A DNA stretch of 64,000 nucleotides from Mobula hypostoma (Eukaryota). The DNA lies in the NCBI RefSeq assembly GCF_963921235.1, contig NC_086097.1, positions 2,604,001 to 2,668,000 of the forward strand, written 5' to 3'. Both the position numbers and the translations under genes were made by a program. Numbering within the stretch: position 1 is the first letter of the stretch; every line of letters starts with the position of its first letter. The notes below the pieces were generated by a model. That model ran no database searches and had not been told where the DNA came from. It saw nothing but the letters and a program-made list of their open reading frames with translations. This document shows positions 38,324-50,049 of this stretch, piece after piece.

Positions 38324-38569
38324 CTGCAAACAGAAATCAACACACACAGGAGCTGCAATTACATAACAGCTTGAAAGAAGAAATGTTACTTCTTACAACT
38401 ACTAGAAATTGTTAAGCTTGTTAGAATCAAAGATGAGTTCTAACAATTAAACTACTTCATTGCCAGCTCCATATGGTCACTACCTCCCCGTCATTGAGGA
38501 CATCTTCAAAAGGCAATGCCTCAAATAGGATTCAGCACTTATGAGCTAAAATCAGATTATCGGTATTAC

Positions 38570-39315
38570 AGTGGAGTAAGGGGAATTACAGAGGCTTGAA
38601 AGAGGAGTTGGCCGGAACTAATTGGAAAAGAACACAGGCAGGGATGACAGCAGAGCAGCAATGGCTGGAATTTCCTGAAGCAATTTGGAAAGCACAGGAT
38701 ATCTACATCCCAAAGAGAACGGAGTATTCTAAAGGAAAGATGACACAAACCGCCAACATAAAAGCCAAAGAGAAGGCATATAATGGAGTAAAAATTAATG
38801 GGAAATTAGAGGATTGGGAAACTTTTATAAACCAACAGAAGGCAACTAAAAAAGTAATTAAAAAGGTAAAGATGGAATATGAAAGTAAGGTAGCCAATAA
38901 TATTAAACAGGATACCAAAAGTGTCTTCAGATACATAAAGTGTAAAAGAGAGGAGAGAGTGGATATTGGACTGCTGGAAAACAATGCTAGAGGGGTTGTA
39001 ATGGAGGACAACAAAAACACTGACAAACTGGATAAGTACTTTCATTAGTCTTCACTGTGGAAGACACTAGCAGTACGGTGGAAGTTCCAGGTGTCAGGGA
39101 GCATGAAGTGTGCGAAGTTACCTTAATTAGAGAGATGAGGAAGAACTTTTTTGCCACAGGCAGCTGTGGAGGTCAAGTGGTCAGGGCATAAAGGGATTTG
39201 GGGAGAAGGCAGGAAACAAGAGCTGAGTGGAAAATTGGATCAGCCATGATGAAATGGCAGAGCAGACTCGATGGGCTAAATAGCCTAATTCTGCTCCTAT
39301 ATCTTATGGTCTTAT
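38570..39315 (+). mobile_element. Deleted CR1 fragment (ORF2 linker joined to 3' end)
   Basis: ORF 38596-39048 (KVANNIKQDTKSVFRYIK) and a CR1 tail near 39240-39315. Confidence 0.75.
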
Positions 39316-39639
39316 TAAGGCCTCCATCACTCAGGACTGCCCGTTTTCATTGCTACCATCAAGGAGGAGATACATGAGCCTGAAGACACATACTCAATGC
39401 TTCAAGAACAGCTTCTTACCCTCTGCCCTCAGATTTCTGAATGGATAGTGAACCCACAAACACGAACTCATTTGTTTTTCTCTCTCTTTTTGCAATACTT
39501 AATTTAAATTTTAAAAATATATTTCTTATTGCAATTTATAGCTTTTTATGATTATGTATTTCATTGCACATTGAACAGCACCGAATCAGAGAGACTGTAA
39601 GCCTGAGAAGCCAGGGTTCATTCCGTTTCACCGACTGAG

Positions 39640-42600
39640 GAGAAAAGGCAGCGACTCGTGGCAATTGGGAGCTTTGTGCAGCAGTTAACCAGCGTTCGGG
39701 ATTGATTGGCAAAAACAAATTAAAATGAGGCATCAGCGAGTGGAGCAACCATTGTTGGAGCGGACAGAGATAGAGTGGGGATTTTGTGGCTTTAACTCTT
39801 CAAGACTTCCACAAGGAGAGGCTTTAGTGAGAGAAGGCAAAAAAGCTGTAGGCAGAAATTCACCCACAATTTATTGGTCTTCCTTCATCACATTTGCTCA
39901 GTTAGAACAATAGGGATGCCAGCCAGATAGTTGAATGCTCCTCTTACGGGATGTGGGAAGTCAGGGAGATGTGGGAATGCCCTTGATAACTACAGCTTCT
40001 AGCAGTCCACACAATGGAGTCAGAGCTGAAACTGGATGAACTCTGGATCAGTCACAGATAGCACATATAGAGAGGCAGTTACACCCCAGGTGCAGGACAC
40101 AGGAAACTCGGTGTCACAGCTAGCACATATAGAGAGGTAGTTACACCCCAGGTGCAGGACACAGGAAACTCGGTGTCACAGATAGCACATATAGAGAGGT
40201 AGTTACACCCCAGGTGCAGGACACAGGAAACTCAGTGTCACAGATAGCACATGTAGAGAGGTAGTTACGCCCCAGGTGCAGGACACAGGAAACTCGGTGT
40301 CATAGATAGCACATGTAGAGAGGTAGTTACGCCCCAGGTGCAGGACACAGGAAACTCGGTGTCACAGATAGCACATGTAGAGAGGTAGTTACGCCCCAGG
40401 TGCAGGACACAGGAAACTCGGTCTCACAGATAGCACATGTAGAGAGGTAGTTACGCCCCAGGTGCAGGACACAGGAAACTCGGTGTCACAGATAGCACAT
40501 GTAGAGAGGTAGTTACGCCCCAGGTGCAGGACACAGGAAACTCGGTGTCACAGATAGCACATGTAGAGAGGTAGTTACGCCCCAGGTGCAGGACACAGGA
40601 AACTCGGTGTCACAGATAGCACATGTAGAGAGGTAGTTACGCCCCAGGTGCAGGACACAGGAAACTCGGTGTCACAGATAGCACATGTAGAGAGGTAGTT
40701 ACGCCCCAGGTGCAGGACACAGGAAACTCGGTGTCACAGATAGCACATGTAGAGAGGTAGTTACACCCCAGGTGCAGGACACAGGAAGCTCGGTGTTAGT
40801 CAGGAAGGGGAAAGGGTTTAAACAGTCAGTGCAGAGTAGCCTGTGGCCATCTCCCTCAACAACAGGTATATCACTTTGGATGCTGTGGTGGGGGCTGAGC
40901 TAACAGAGGAAGGTCACATTAGTCAGCTCTCTGGCACTGTGTCTGAATCTGCAGCTCAGAAGGGAAAGGGAGAAGAGGTAATCTGTGGTGATAGGGGATT
41001 CATTAGTTAGGGAAGTTCTGTGGGCAAGAACAAGATTCCCGAATGGTATGCTGCCTTCCGGGTGCCAGGGTCAGGGACATCTCAGATTGGGTCCTCAGCA
41101 TTCTTAAGTGGGAGGATTAAGGACCAGAGGTTGTGGCCCATGCAGGCACCAATGACATAGGTAGGACGAGTGAGGAGGTTCTGCAAAAAGTACGGCAGTT
41201 AGGTGCCAAATTAAATGGCAGGACCAGGGATGTGACCTCAAGATTCCTAACTGTGCTACATGCTAGTGAGGCCAGACCTAGGAAGATTATACAGTTTAAT
41301 TCATGGCTAAGGAGTTGGTGTAGGAGGGAGGGCATAAGATTTTTGGATCATTGGGCTCTCTTCCAGGGAAGGTGGGACCTGTACCGAGGAGAAGATTTGC
41401 ACCTGAATTGGAAGGGAACTAATATCCAAGCAGGAAGGTTTACTAGTGCTGCACGGTGGGGTTTAGAGCTGCAGGGAGATGGAAACCACAGTGGCAGAAC
41501 AGTTAGTGAAGAAGTTGTGGAGATATGTATTGTTAAGACTTCAGACAAAGTCAAGAACCAAAAGGGTGAGCATGGTGCGACTAATGCCCTGAACTGCATA
41601 TACTTCCATGCAAATAGTATCATGGGAAAAACGGATGAGCTCAGGCTGGATCAACACATGGAATTATATTGTAGCCAAGGTGAGACTTGGTTGCAGGAGG
41701 GGCAGGACTGGCAGCTCAATATTCTGAGGTTCTGTTGTTTTGGATGCGACAGAGTAGGAAGAATTAAAGGAGAAGGGGTGGCATTACTAGTCAGCAAAAT
41801 GTCACGGCAGTGTTCCATCAGAAGACTGGAGAACTTGTCTAGTGAGGTGTTGAGTGGAACTGAGAAGTACGGAAAGTATGACCACATTAATGGGGCTATA
41901 TTCCAGACCACCCAACGATCTGAGGCACATTACCTACATTACATTTACATTACTTCCAAAGTAAATTTTCAGATATCTCGACAGTTTCAAGAAACATAAG
42001 GTTGCTATAGTGGGTGATTTTAACTTTCCACATATTGACTGGGAATTGCATACTGTAAAATGTCTAAATGGGATAGAGTTTGTCCAATGTATCCAGGAAA
42101 TTTTACTTCATCAGTATGCAGAAGCCCCAATGAGAGAGAGTGCAATATTTGATCTTCTATCTGGGAATGAAACAGGGCAGGAGACAAAGTGTAGGGGAAC
42201 ACTTTGCATCTAGTGATCACAACGCCAGTAGTTTCAATGTAAGTATGCAAAGAGATAGGTCTGGTCTGTGGGTTGAGATCCTAAACTGGAGAGGGCTTAT
42301 TTGGATGGCAAGTGTGGACTGGGACAGGCTGTTTTCTGGCAAAGGTGTACTTGGTAAGTAGGAGGCCTTCAAATACAAAATTTTGGGAGTACAAAGCTTG
42401 TATGTGCCTGTCAGAATAAAAGGTAAAGCTAACAAGTACAGGGAATCTTGTTTTTCTAAGGGCATTGAGGCCCTGGTTCAGAGACAAAAGGAGGTGCATA
42501 GCAGGTATAAGCAGGTAGGAACAAATGAGGAGCTTATGGAAGACAAGACGTGCAAGAGAACACTTCAGTGCAGAAATTGCTGGGGCCTTAGCAGAGATAT

Positions 42601-43035
42601 TTAAAACATCCTTAGCGACAGGAGAGGTACCAGGGGATTGGAGGGTAGCCAAAGTTGTTCTGCTGTTTAATAAAGGCTCTAAGTATAAACAAGGAAATTA
42701 TAGGCCAATGAACCTGATATCAGCTGTGAGAAAGTTACTGGAAGGTATTCAGAGGGACCGGACCTATAAGTATTTGGATAGACAGGGACTGATTAAGTCA
42801 ACATGGCTTCGTCTGTGGTAGGTCATATCTAACCAATTTTATAAAGTTTTCTGAGGAAGTTACATGGAAAATTGATGGATGTTGTCTACATGGACTTCAG
42901 TAAGGCATCTGACAAGGTTCCACATGGGAGGCTTGCCAAGAAGGTTCAGCTGCTTGACATTCAAGATGAGGTAGTAAACTGGATTAGACATTTGCTTTGT
43001 GGAAGAAGCCAAAGAATGGTAGCAGACGGTTGCCT
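39640..43035 (+). mobile_element. CR1 LINE 5' half: ORF1 (SGNH esterase) and degenerate ORF2, containing the 62-bp array
   Basis: VIGDSLVR, CLPGARV, AHAGTNDIG, LHLNWKG (esterase), then ETWL, GDFNFPHIDW, GNYRP and YMDFSKA. Confidence 0.85.
40051..40794 (+). repeat. Minisatellite, 12 x 62 bp
   Basis: Unit GTCACAGATAGCACATGTAGAGAGGTAGTTACGCCCCAGGTGCAGGACACAGGAAACTCGGT; 12 x 62 = 744 bp exactly. Confidence 0.98.
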
Positions 43036-43129
43036 AGATCCCAGAAGAAAATCCAAGAACTTCCAAAGTAATGTAAATGTACTGGAAAAATTATCAAGAT
43101 TTAATTTCTTATTGACATTAAATTGAAAG

Positions 43130-43390
43130 CCATGCATGTAGAAACTCCGCCATGGACGGTCCCCAGCCTAGCTATGAAAGGAGGAGGATTGGGCATAGGG
43201 TTAGCAACCCCATCCTGTAAAGACCCAGAGCTACAAAAACATCATTGGAAGCTCCAAAGACCTTGTTCCTGGGAGAGGAAGAATCTGCAATGGGCTACAT
43301 GTGGAGACAACGTGAAAGCCTGGCCCAGGACGCAGGACTCTGGCATGCTGCAGTCGGCAGCCTATACCCCATGCAGAATGATGATAGAAA
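43130..43390 (+). mobile_element. Possible bipartite RTE-derived short element
   Basis: RTE 5'-like GGAGGAGGATTGGGCATAGGGTTAGCAACCCCATCCTGTAAA joined to RTE 3'-like GCCTGGCCCAGGAC...GTCGGCAGCCTATACCCC. Confidence 0.45.
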
Positions 43391-44489
43391 CTAAATGAAA
43401 CTTTATAACTTTAGACTGAACGTGCCTGGATGCAAGGTACCAAACCTGACATAATATCCAGGACTTGAATATTAGTTAGCATTTGTACTAAACTGAAAAA
43501 TGCTAGTATTTTAAACAGTGACTATTACTTTAAGTATACACCCAACTCGGGTGCAAATGTTTAATGTAGTTTACTAATCTTTCCTTTTTCAGCATCATAA
43601 ATACAGTGGATTCTGGTTAATTGAGCCATCAGTTAACCTAGGCAGCCACTTATTTGGATAACTCTTATAAAGAACAAAAACTAATTGAGAAAATAGCTGA
43701 GATTCCATTTGCTTATTTGGAACACTATGCTGCTTACTTGGGACAGGAACCTGTTGCAGAACAGTTTTTAACTAGCATCAGTCACGAGCACTTGTGTGGT
43801 CATTAGACACCACACTGTGCATAGAATGAACAGTTTTTAAACAGAGTCTATTATGCGTGCTTGTGTTGTTATCCATTTGGGCCAATGGACGCCGATTCAA
43901 AAAGCAGTGATTTTTGATATTTGTTTATAAGGCAGTTCACTTTCTGCATTAGGTGTCTGAACTGATTTTGTTCATTTACAGTCAAAAGAATATGCTTGTG
44001 TATGCTATATGAATTCCTCTGTCAAGAACTATTAGGAACATAAACAGTTTTATAGTACTGTAGTAGTACTGGTCGTGTTCTGCATTTTAGACGGTAAGAC
44101 ATAGGAGCAGAATTAGGCCGTTTGGCCCATCGAGCCTGCTCCATCATTCAATCATGGCTGATCCTTTTCTCCCCTCCTCAGCCCCACTGCCCGTAACCTT
44201 TGATGCCGTGTCCAATCAAGAACCTATCAAGCTCTGCCTTAAATACACCCAATGACCTGGCCACCACAATTGTTGTGGTAACAAATTCCACAAATTCATC
44301 ACCCTCTGCTAAAGAAGTTTCTCCACATCTGTGTTTTAAATAGATGCCCCTCTATCCTGAGGCCGTGCTATCTTGTCCCCCACATGGGAAGCATCCTTTT
44401 TATTCAAACACATAATTTGTTACTCAGTTAAATGGCCGTTTGTCAATATATATATATATATGAAAACTGATGCAAAAAAAAAACTGCTA

Positions 44490-46111
44490 CAGATTTCCCC
44501 TGCCATCCGAAGGTAAAGCGTTCCTATGAAATGGTTCGTAAGCCGGAATGTCGTAAAGTAAAAGAAGCAATTACCATTTATTTATATGGGAAAAATTTGT
44601 GAGTGTTCGCAGAACCAAAAAATAACCTACCAAATCATGCCAAATAACACATAAAACCTAAAATAACAGTAACATATAGTAAAAGCAGGATTGATATGAT
44701 AAATACACAGCCTATATAAAGTAGAAATATTTCTCTACAATCATTGCCGCACTGTCCACCGTAGCGAAAATCTCACGCAAATGCTCTCAGCAGAAACTCT
44801 CTCCAGTAACCTTTAAGCTATGAAGCTGCCAAATCATACCAAATAACATGTGAAAATACACAGCCTATATAAAATACAAATAATGTATGTACAGTGTAGT
44901 ATCACTTACCGGAATCGGGAAGACAGCGCTGAGCACAATGATGATGGTGTGTTAGGCTGAGTCGTCGGAGGCTGGGGTGGTGCAGTGGTCCCCAACCTCC
45001 GGGCTGCGGACCGATACTGACCCGTGAAGAATGCAGGGGTGCAGCGGTAGTCTGGAAACACACAGCACATCTTTAAGAAATAAGCCGAAATAAACAAGCT
45101 AATTAATTAGGTGCCGCCCAGCATGTAAATGTCAGCAATTGCCTCTGATCTGGTCTGACATTTACCTGCCGGGCGGCACCTAATTAATTAGCTTGTTTAT
45201 TTTGGCTTTTTTCTTAAAGATGTGCTGGGTGCATCCCGGCTACAGCTGCATTCTTCGCAGCCCGGTATCGGTCCACAGCCTGGATGTTGAGGTGGTGGGA
45301 CACTGGGGGGGTGTCATCTCATCATCGTCTGTTTCCATCAGGGCAGGCAGGTCATCTTCATGTCTGCCTGTCCCGATATCAGGTCCAGGTTCGTCCTCTG
45401 CTGTGGCTGATGTGGAAGGCTTGAAAAACGACAGTATGCTTGACTACTTAGCCTCGCGCATTTTTCTATCATACAGTTCTTTGTAAGCACTCAGACCATC
45501 CTGCAAATATGCCCTAAACCTACGTACCCTTTCAAAATTAAAGTCGTACTTTTCTGCAATCATTGCAGCGAAAATCTTACGCAGTTGCTTCACGTTCAGT
45601 TCCTGGACAACTTCACTTTCGGTCCGTTTGTTATTACATTTGGTTTCAATTGTTTGTTATTCTTTCCTCTTCCAATTGCATCAGCTCTTCATCTATCAGT
45701 TCTTGGTTATGGGATGCCAAAACCTCTTCAACATCATCTTTGTCAACTTCCACAAGCCAAACTCACTTTGTCCTTACTTCATTCACCACGATGGTAATGC
45801 TTCATTATGTCTAGTTTTACGCTAAGTGTAACACCCTTACGAGCTCCTTTAGGCTTTTCCGATACCTTAGAACTCATCTTGCAAATGGATGCTCAGAATA
45901 AATCAACATAAAGCACAGATGCTCACAGGCACGTGTTTAAGCAATGCCGGCTAGAATGCAGTTCCGGAGGAGGAGCTTGGCTGCTCGGGGTGCGCGCTGC
46001 CTTTTCGTAACAGTGAAAACACCTTCTGTTAGCGAAAACAGGTGACTAATGTAGGTCTTTTGTAACAGCGAGGTTTCATAAAGCGAACGTTCGAAAAGCA
46101 GGGGACACCTG
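44490..46111 (-). mobile_element. Internally deleted Tigger/pogo DNA transposon
   Basis: TA|CAGATTTCCCCTGC ... GCAGGGGACACCTG|TA. Minus strand has an N-terminal HTH remnant (RKGVTLSVKLDIMKHYHRGE) fused to the C-terminal VDKDDVEEVLASHNQEL.DEELMQL...SAYKELYDRK..SILSFFKP. Confidence 0.85.
44983..45305. mobile_element. Fold-back hAT MITE nested in the Tigger element
   Basis: Starts CAGTGGTCCCCAACC with long palindromic arms (e.g. AAATAAACAAGCTAATTAATTAGGTGCCGCCC / GGGCGGCACCTAATTAATTAGCTTGTTTATTT). 8-bp flanks GGGTGGTG / GGGGGGTG. Confidence 0.82.
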
Positions 46112-46640
46112 TATTCCAAAAATTATATTCAAACATTACTTTTATGGATTTGTTTTTTTTTTCTTGTCCAATCCTTTGAGACATTTATTTCATGTTGCCC
46201 TTATCAAGATCCTTCAATGTCACAACTGACAGACAGCAAATCTTTTCAAGTTTCTTGTGCATCAAACACTTGGCCAGCAACACTGACTGATATGCCCAGT
46301 TACAAGCAGAAATATCAACTTCATTCATCTTCACTTGCTCCACCACTGAACTGTTCCCAGAATCTATGGACTCACTTTCAAGGATTCTTCATCTCATGTT
46401 CTCCATATTTATTGCTTATTTATTATTATTTTTCTCTTTTGCATTTGCACAGTGTGTTATCTTTTGCACATTGATTGTTTCTTCATCCTGTTCGTGCAGT
46501 ATTTCATTGATTCTATTATCATTCTTGAATTTACTGAGTGTGCCCACAAGGCAACAAATCTCAGGCTTGTACATGGTGACATACATGTTCAAATTTACTT
46601 ATCCAAATTGTCAAACTTAATGTATAAAACTTATTAATAA

Positions 46641-46949
46641 AGGCATCTGTTAGTCTTGCGAGACCATGGATCTGCGCCTGGAAAGTCTTCACTCTCCAGG
46701 GCGCAGGCCTGGGCAAGGTTGTATGGAAGACCAGCAGTCGCCCATGCTGCGAGTCTCCCCTCTCCACGACACCAACGTTGTCCAAGGGAAGCGCATTAGG
46801 ACCCATACAGCTTGGCACCGGTGTCGTCGCAGGGCAATGTGTGGTTAAGTGCCTTGCTTAAGCATACAACACGTTCCTTCGGCTGGGGCTCGAACTCACG
46901 ACCTTCAGGTCACTAGTCCAATGCCTTAACCACTTGGCCATGTGCCCAC
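46641..46949 (-). mobile_element. tRNA-derived SINE with an RTE-like 3' tail
   Basis: Minus strand: A box TGGCCAAGTGG, B box GTTCGAGCC, tail CCATGGTCTCGCAAGACTAACAGATGCC. 9-bp TSD TATTAATAA (46632-46640 / 46950-46958). Confidence 0.82.
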
Positions 46950-47082
46950 TATTAATAATATACTTATAATAAACCTATTAATAATAACAGTTGATAACTC
47001 AGATGTTAAATTGTGAAGTATATTGAATTTAATCCATATTTACATCCAAGCTTGGAACACAATCTACTTTGTACAAAGGTAC

Positions 47083-47226
47083 CTTTGCCTCCTCCACATA
47101 CGGTGCAAATAATCGAGGTTTCACATAGATCCCAGAATTTTTCTGACGCAGCCAAGCATGAGACTTTCCACCTTCTGCTGTTGGGAGCATATCTGATGGT
47201 GGTGTGCTAATCAGTCCTCTCTTCAT
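47083..47226 (-). CDS. BTBD7: BTBD7 coding exon (most upstream one found in this window)
   Basis: AATTTAG|ATGAAG...GCAAAG|GTACC, 144 nt. MKRGLISTPPSDMLPTAEGGKSHAWLRQKNSGIYVKPRLFAPYVEEAK. Confidence 0.95.
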
Positions 47227-47919
47227 CTAAATTCAAAGAAATGAAAGTGTTGAATAGTATCATTTTTTCACTAGTTTACAATTCAGTTTCTCACATCTTC
47301 TTCACAGGGTTGAAATGTCTAATACTGAAAGACATGCATTTAAGATGAGGGGTGGGTACCTGGAATGTGCTACCATGTGGTGGTAGAGGCAGGTACATTA
47401 GGGGCTTTTAAGATTCATTTGGAGAGGCACATGAATGTGAGGAAAATGGAAGGATATGGACATTGTGTAGGCAGAAGGGATTAGTTTAGTTGGCCATTTC
47501 ATTCCTAACTTAATTGGTTCGACACAACATTGTGGGCCAAAGTGTCTGTTCCTTGCTGTGTTCTGAACTACCAGGATATTATATGACCCAGTGGGTTCAG
47601 TAAACTCTAAGTATTCCCCACAGCCCTAATCCATTTCTGTGTAATTGATTCCTTCTCACTTGCACCCTGATGTTAAACATAGTGATTTATAGTAGTCAGT
47701 TAACCAACCGCCTTTTGTAGATCTGGGAGAAAACCAGAGGAGCCAGGGAAAAGCCACATCATCACATGGAGTAAGTGAAAATTCCACAGAGACCTCCTCA
47801 AGCTCAAGAAAATGCAACAATTTTTAAATGTGCATTTATATTGTAGTCTTGGGTTTATGTTATTAATATTGCAGCTTTAAAAATATTATTTTTGAACCTT
47901 TATTGATGGGAGAATAGTT

Positions 47920-48192
47920 CTGCCACAGTAGCACAGCGCTGCTGCTATTACAGTCCAGGGTGTTCTGGAGTTGGAGTTCAATTCCAGCACCTTCGTTAAG
48001 AAGCCTCTGTACATCCTCCCTGTGGAATGTGTGGGTTTTCACTGAGTCTTCCCGTTTCTTCCCACAGGCCAGATAGGTTAACTGGTCATTGTATATTGGA
48101 TTAAATTGGGGTTGTCGGGGGTTGCTGGGGTGTGTGGCTCAAAGAGCCGGAAGGGCCTATTCCGTGCTGTACCTCTAAATAAAAAAAAATAA
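47920..48192 (+). mobile_element. HE1-like V-SINE, degraded
   Basis: GAGTTCAATTCC B box, GGTTAACTGGTCATTGT, tail GAAGGGCCTATTCCGTGCTGTACCTCTAAATAAA. Similar to 27139-27398. Confidence 0.7.
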
Positions 48193-50049
48193 ATGACTGG
48201 GGTCATTTCTGTCTTTACTAAAATTGCCATATCTTACATGACTATCATCTGTCAACCACTCAAATTTTAATAAATAATAACAATAACAACTTATAGTGCA
48301 CTCTTCATTCAAATGATGTAAACAGCACATGCCTGGAATTTATTGATTTATTGACCATAAGATATCAGAGCAGAATTAGGCCTTTTGGCCCATCGAGTCT
48401 GCTCTGCCATTTCATCATGCTGCATTCATTTTCCCTCTCAGCCCCAACCTCCTGCCTTCTCCCCGTATCCCTTTGTGCCCTGACTAATTAAGATTAAAAG
48501 ATCAGTTGCCACTGGTGAGTTGGAAGTTGCCAGGTGTCAGTACTACCAAAAGATGGGAAGGCAAAAATACATAAGACATAACTTATGATACCCTAACTAA
48601 TCAAGAATCTATCAACCTCCTGCATATTCAATGACACAGCCTCCAGAGCCAAGGCAAATGAGTCAGGAAGAACCAAAGGTGTAAATGTGAGACTAGAGAT
48701 GGCCACTTGCACATCTAACTGCAGGGAGTTACAGCAAATTATCACAAACAGCAACAGGCCAGAGATCACCTAGCTTTCTCACCCGTGAAATCTGGCAGCA
48801 ATCTCATCTTAATGATGAATGATCCTGGGAATGAAAGGGTTAAGATATGAGGAGCACCTGATGGCTCTGGGCCTGTACTCACTGGAGTTTAGAAGTGAAT
48901 CTCATTGCAACCTACCGAATACTGAAAGATTTAAATAGAGTAGATGTGAAGAGGATGTTTCCTTCCTATAGTGGGTGAGTCTAGGAAATGATTCCCAGTG
49001 GGGGGCAGTAAGTGTCATAAGGGGGCATTAGGGGAAATAAAAGCTGTTGAGGTGTTCGGGATTCTTGGGGGGGGAGGGGGGCAGTAAGTGGCACTAACTT
49101 GAGATGTGAAACCTGACCGACTGTTAGAGCAGACACTTCTAAAAAAAAGAACGAGGCACTGGAACACAGGAAGAGCCATAGCTCTGCAGGCAGTGGGCAC
49201 CCATCATCACAACGCATCTGAAACTTGACAATCTCAACTGAACTTATCAACACACAGACATCATTGCTGGTGGACAAATTAGCAGTCAGGGTGCCCAAAA
49301 GTTCCCCTTCACCCGCGGCACAGAACAAGTTCATGCAACTTAACAGTTAGTAAATCAAGAACATCCCCACAACTTTCTCTACAGACACCAAAGGGTGAAC
49401 CAGCCGACCCCGAGGATTACCAACGAGGTGTTCAAAGTGAACTCAGATTCATATGTGCGGTCAAGAACCATCTTTGGGGATTATGAGACCTTATATGATT
49501 GGTCAAGCATGTTAACTGGAATAATATAAAGGCAGCTTGCTGAACACCAGCACTATCCAGACTAACATTCAGATTCTAATCTGAATCCTTGTCAACGTAA
49601 TTTTTGCTGTTGTGATTGTCTCATCTTCGCTTAGCCATTCCTTTGCATACCGCTACCATCATCTCATCTGTGTCAACTCGCTAATGTTGTCAACATCCAA
49701 TAGACGTTCCCAGTTTGTGATCATTTTTTATTTCAATTTCACCCCATTAATGATAGATAAATACGTATGGCACGATCTCTATGAGTCTGAAGATGGTGAA
49801 GCTTTGAATTCTAGCCCTGGTGAGAAACAGAAACTACAGGAAGTGCATCCATACACATACCTGGAGTATGGTTTTATTCTGTTCCCATCAGATCACAATG
49901 TCTTATATGTTATACTATACTGTCTACTGAAACCATCAAGATTGCAGGAACACTTCTGTAAAAGACACCCTGAAAAAGCTGCTTATATTTGAAAAGTGTT
50001 GCACATTTGAGTCATTTGCCAAGAAAGCTAAAAATAACCTTGATAGTGG

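Noticed and set aside
40051..40794. CRISPR array or tandem RNA genes
   Set aside because: No spacers; the unit is CR1 ORF1 sequence.
41133..41999. Stand-alone GDSL/SGNH esterase gene
   Set aside because: The esterase is a known CR1 ORF1 domain, and this copy is degenerate and runs into ORF2.
46870..46949. tRNA gene on the minus strand
   Set aside because: It is the head of a SINE, with a body, tail and TSD; no convincing acceptor stem.
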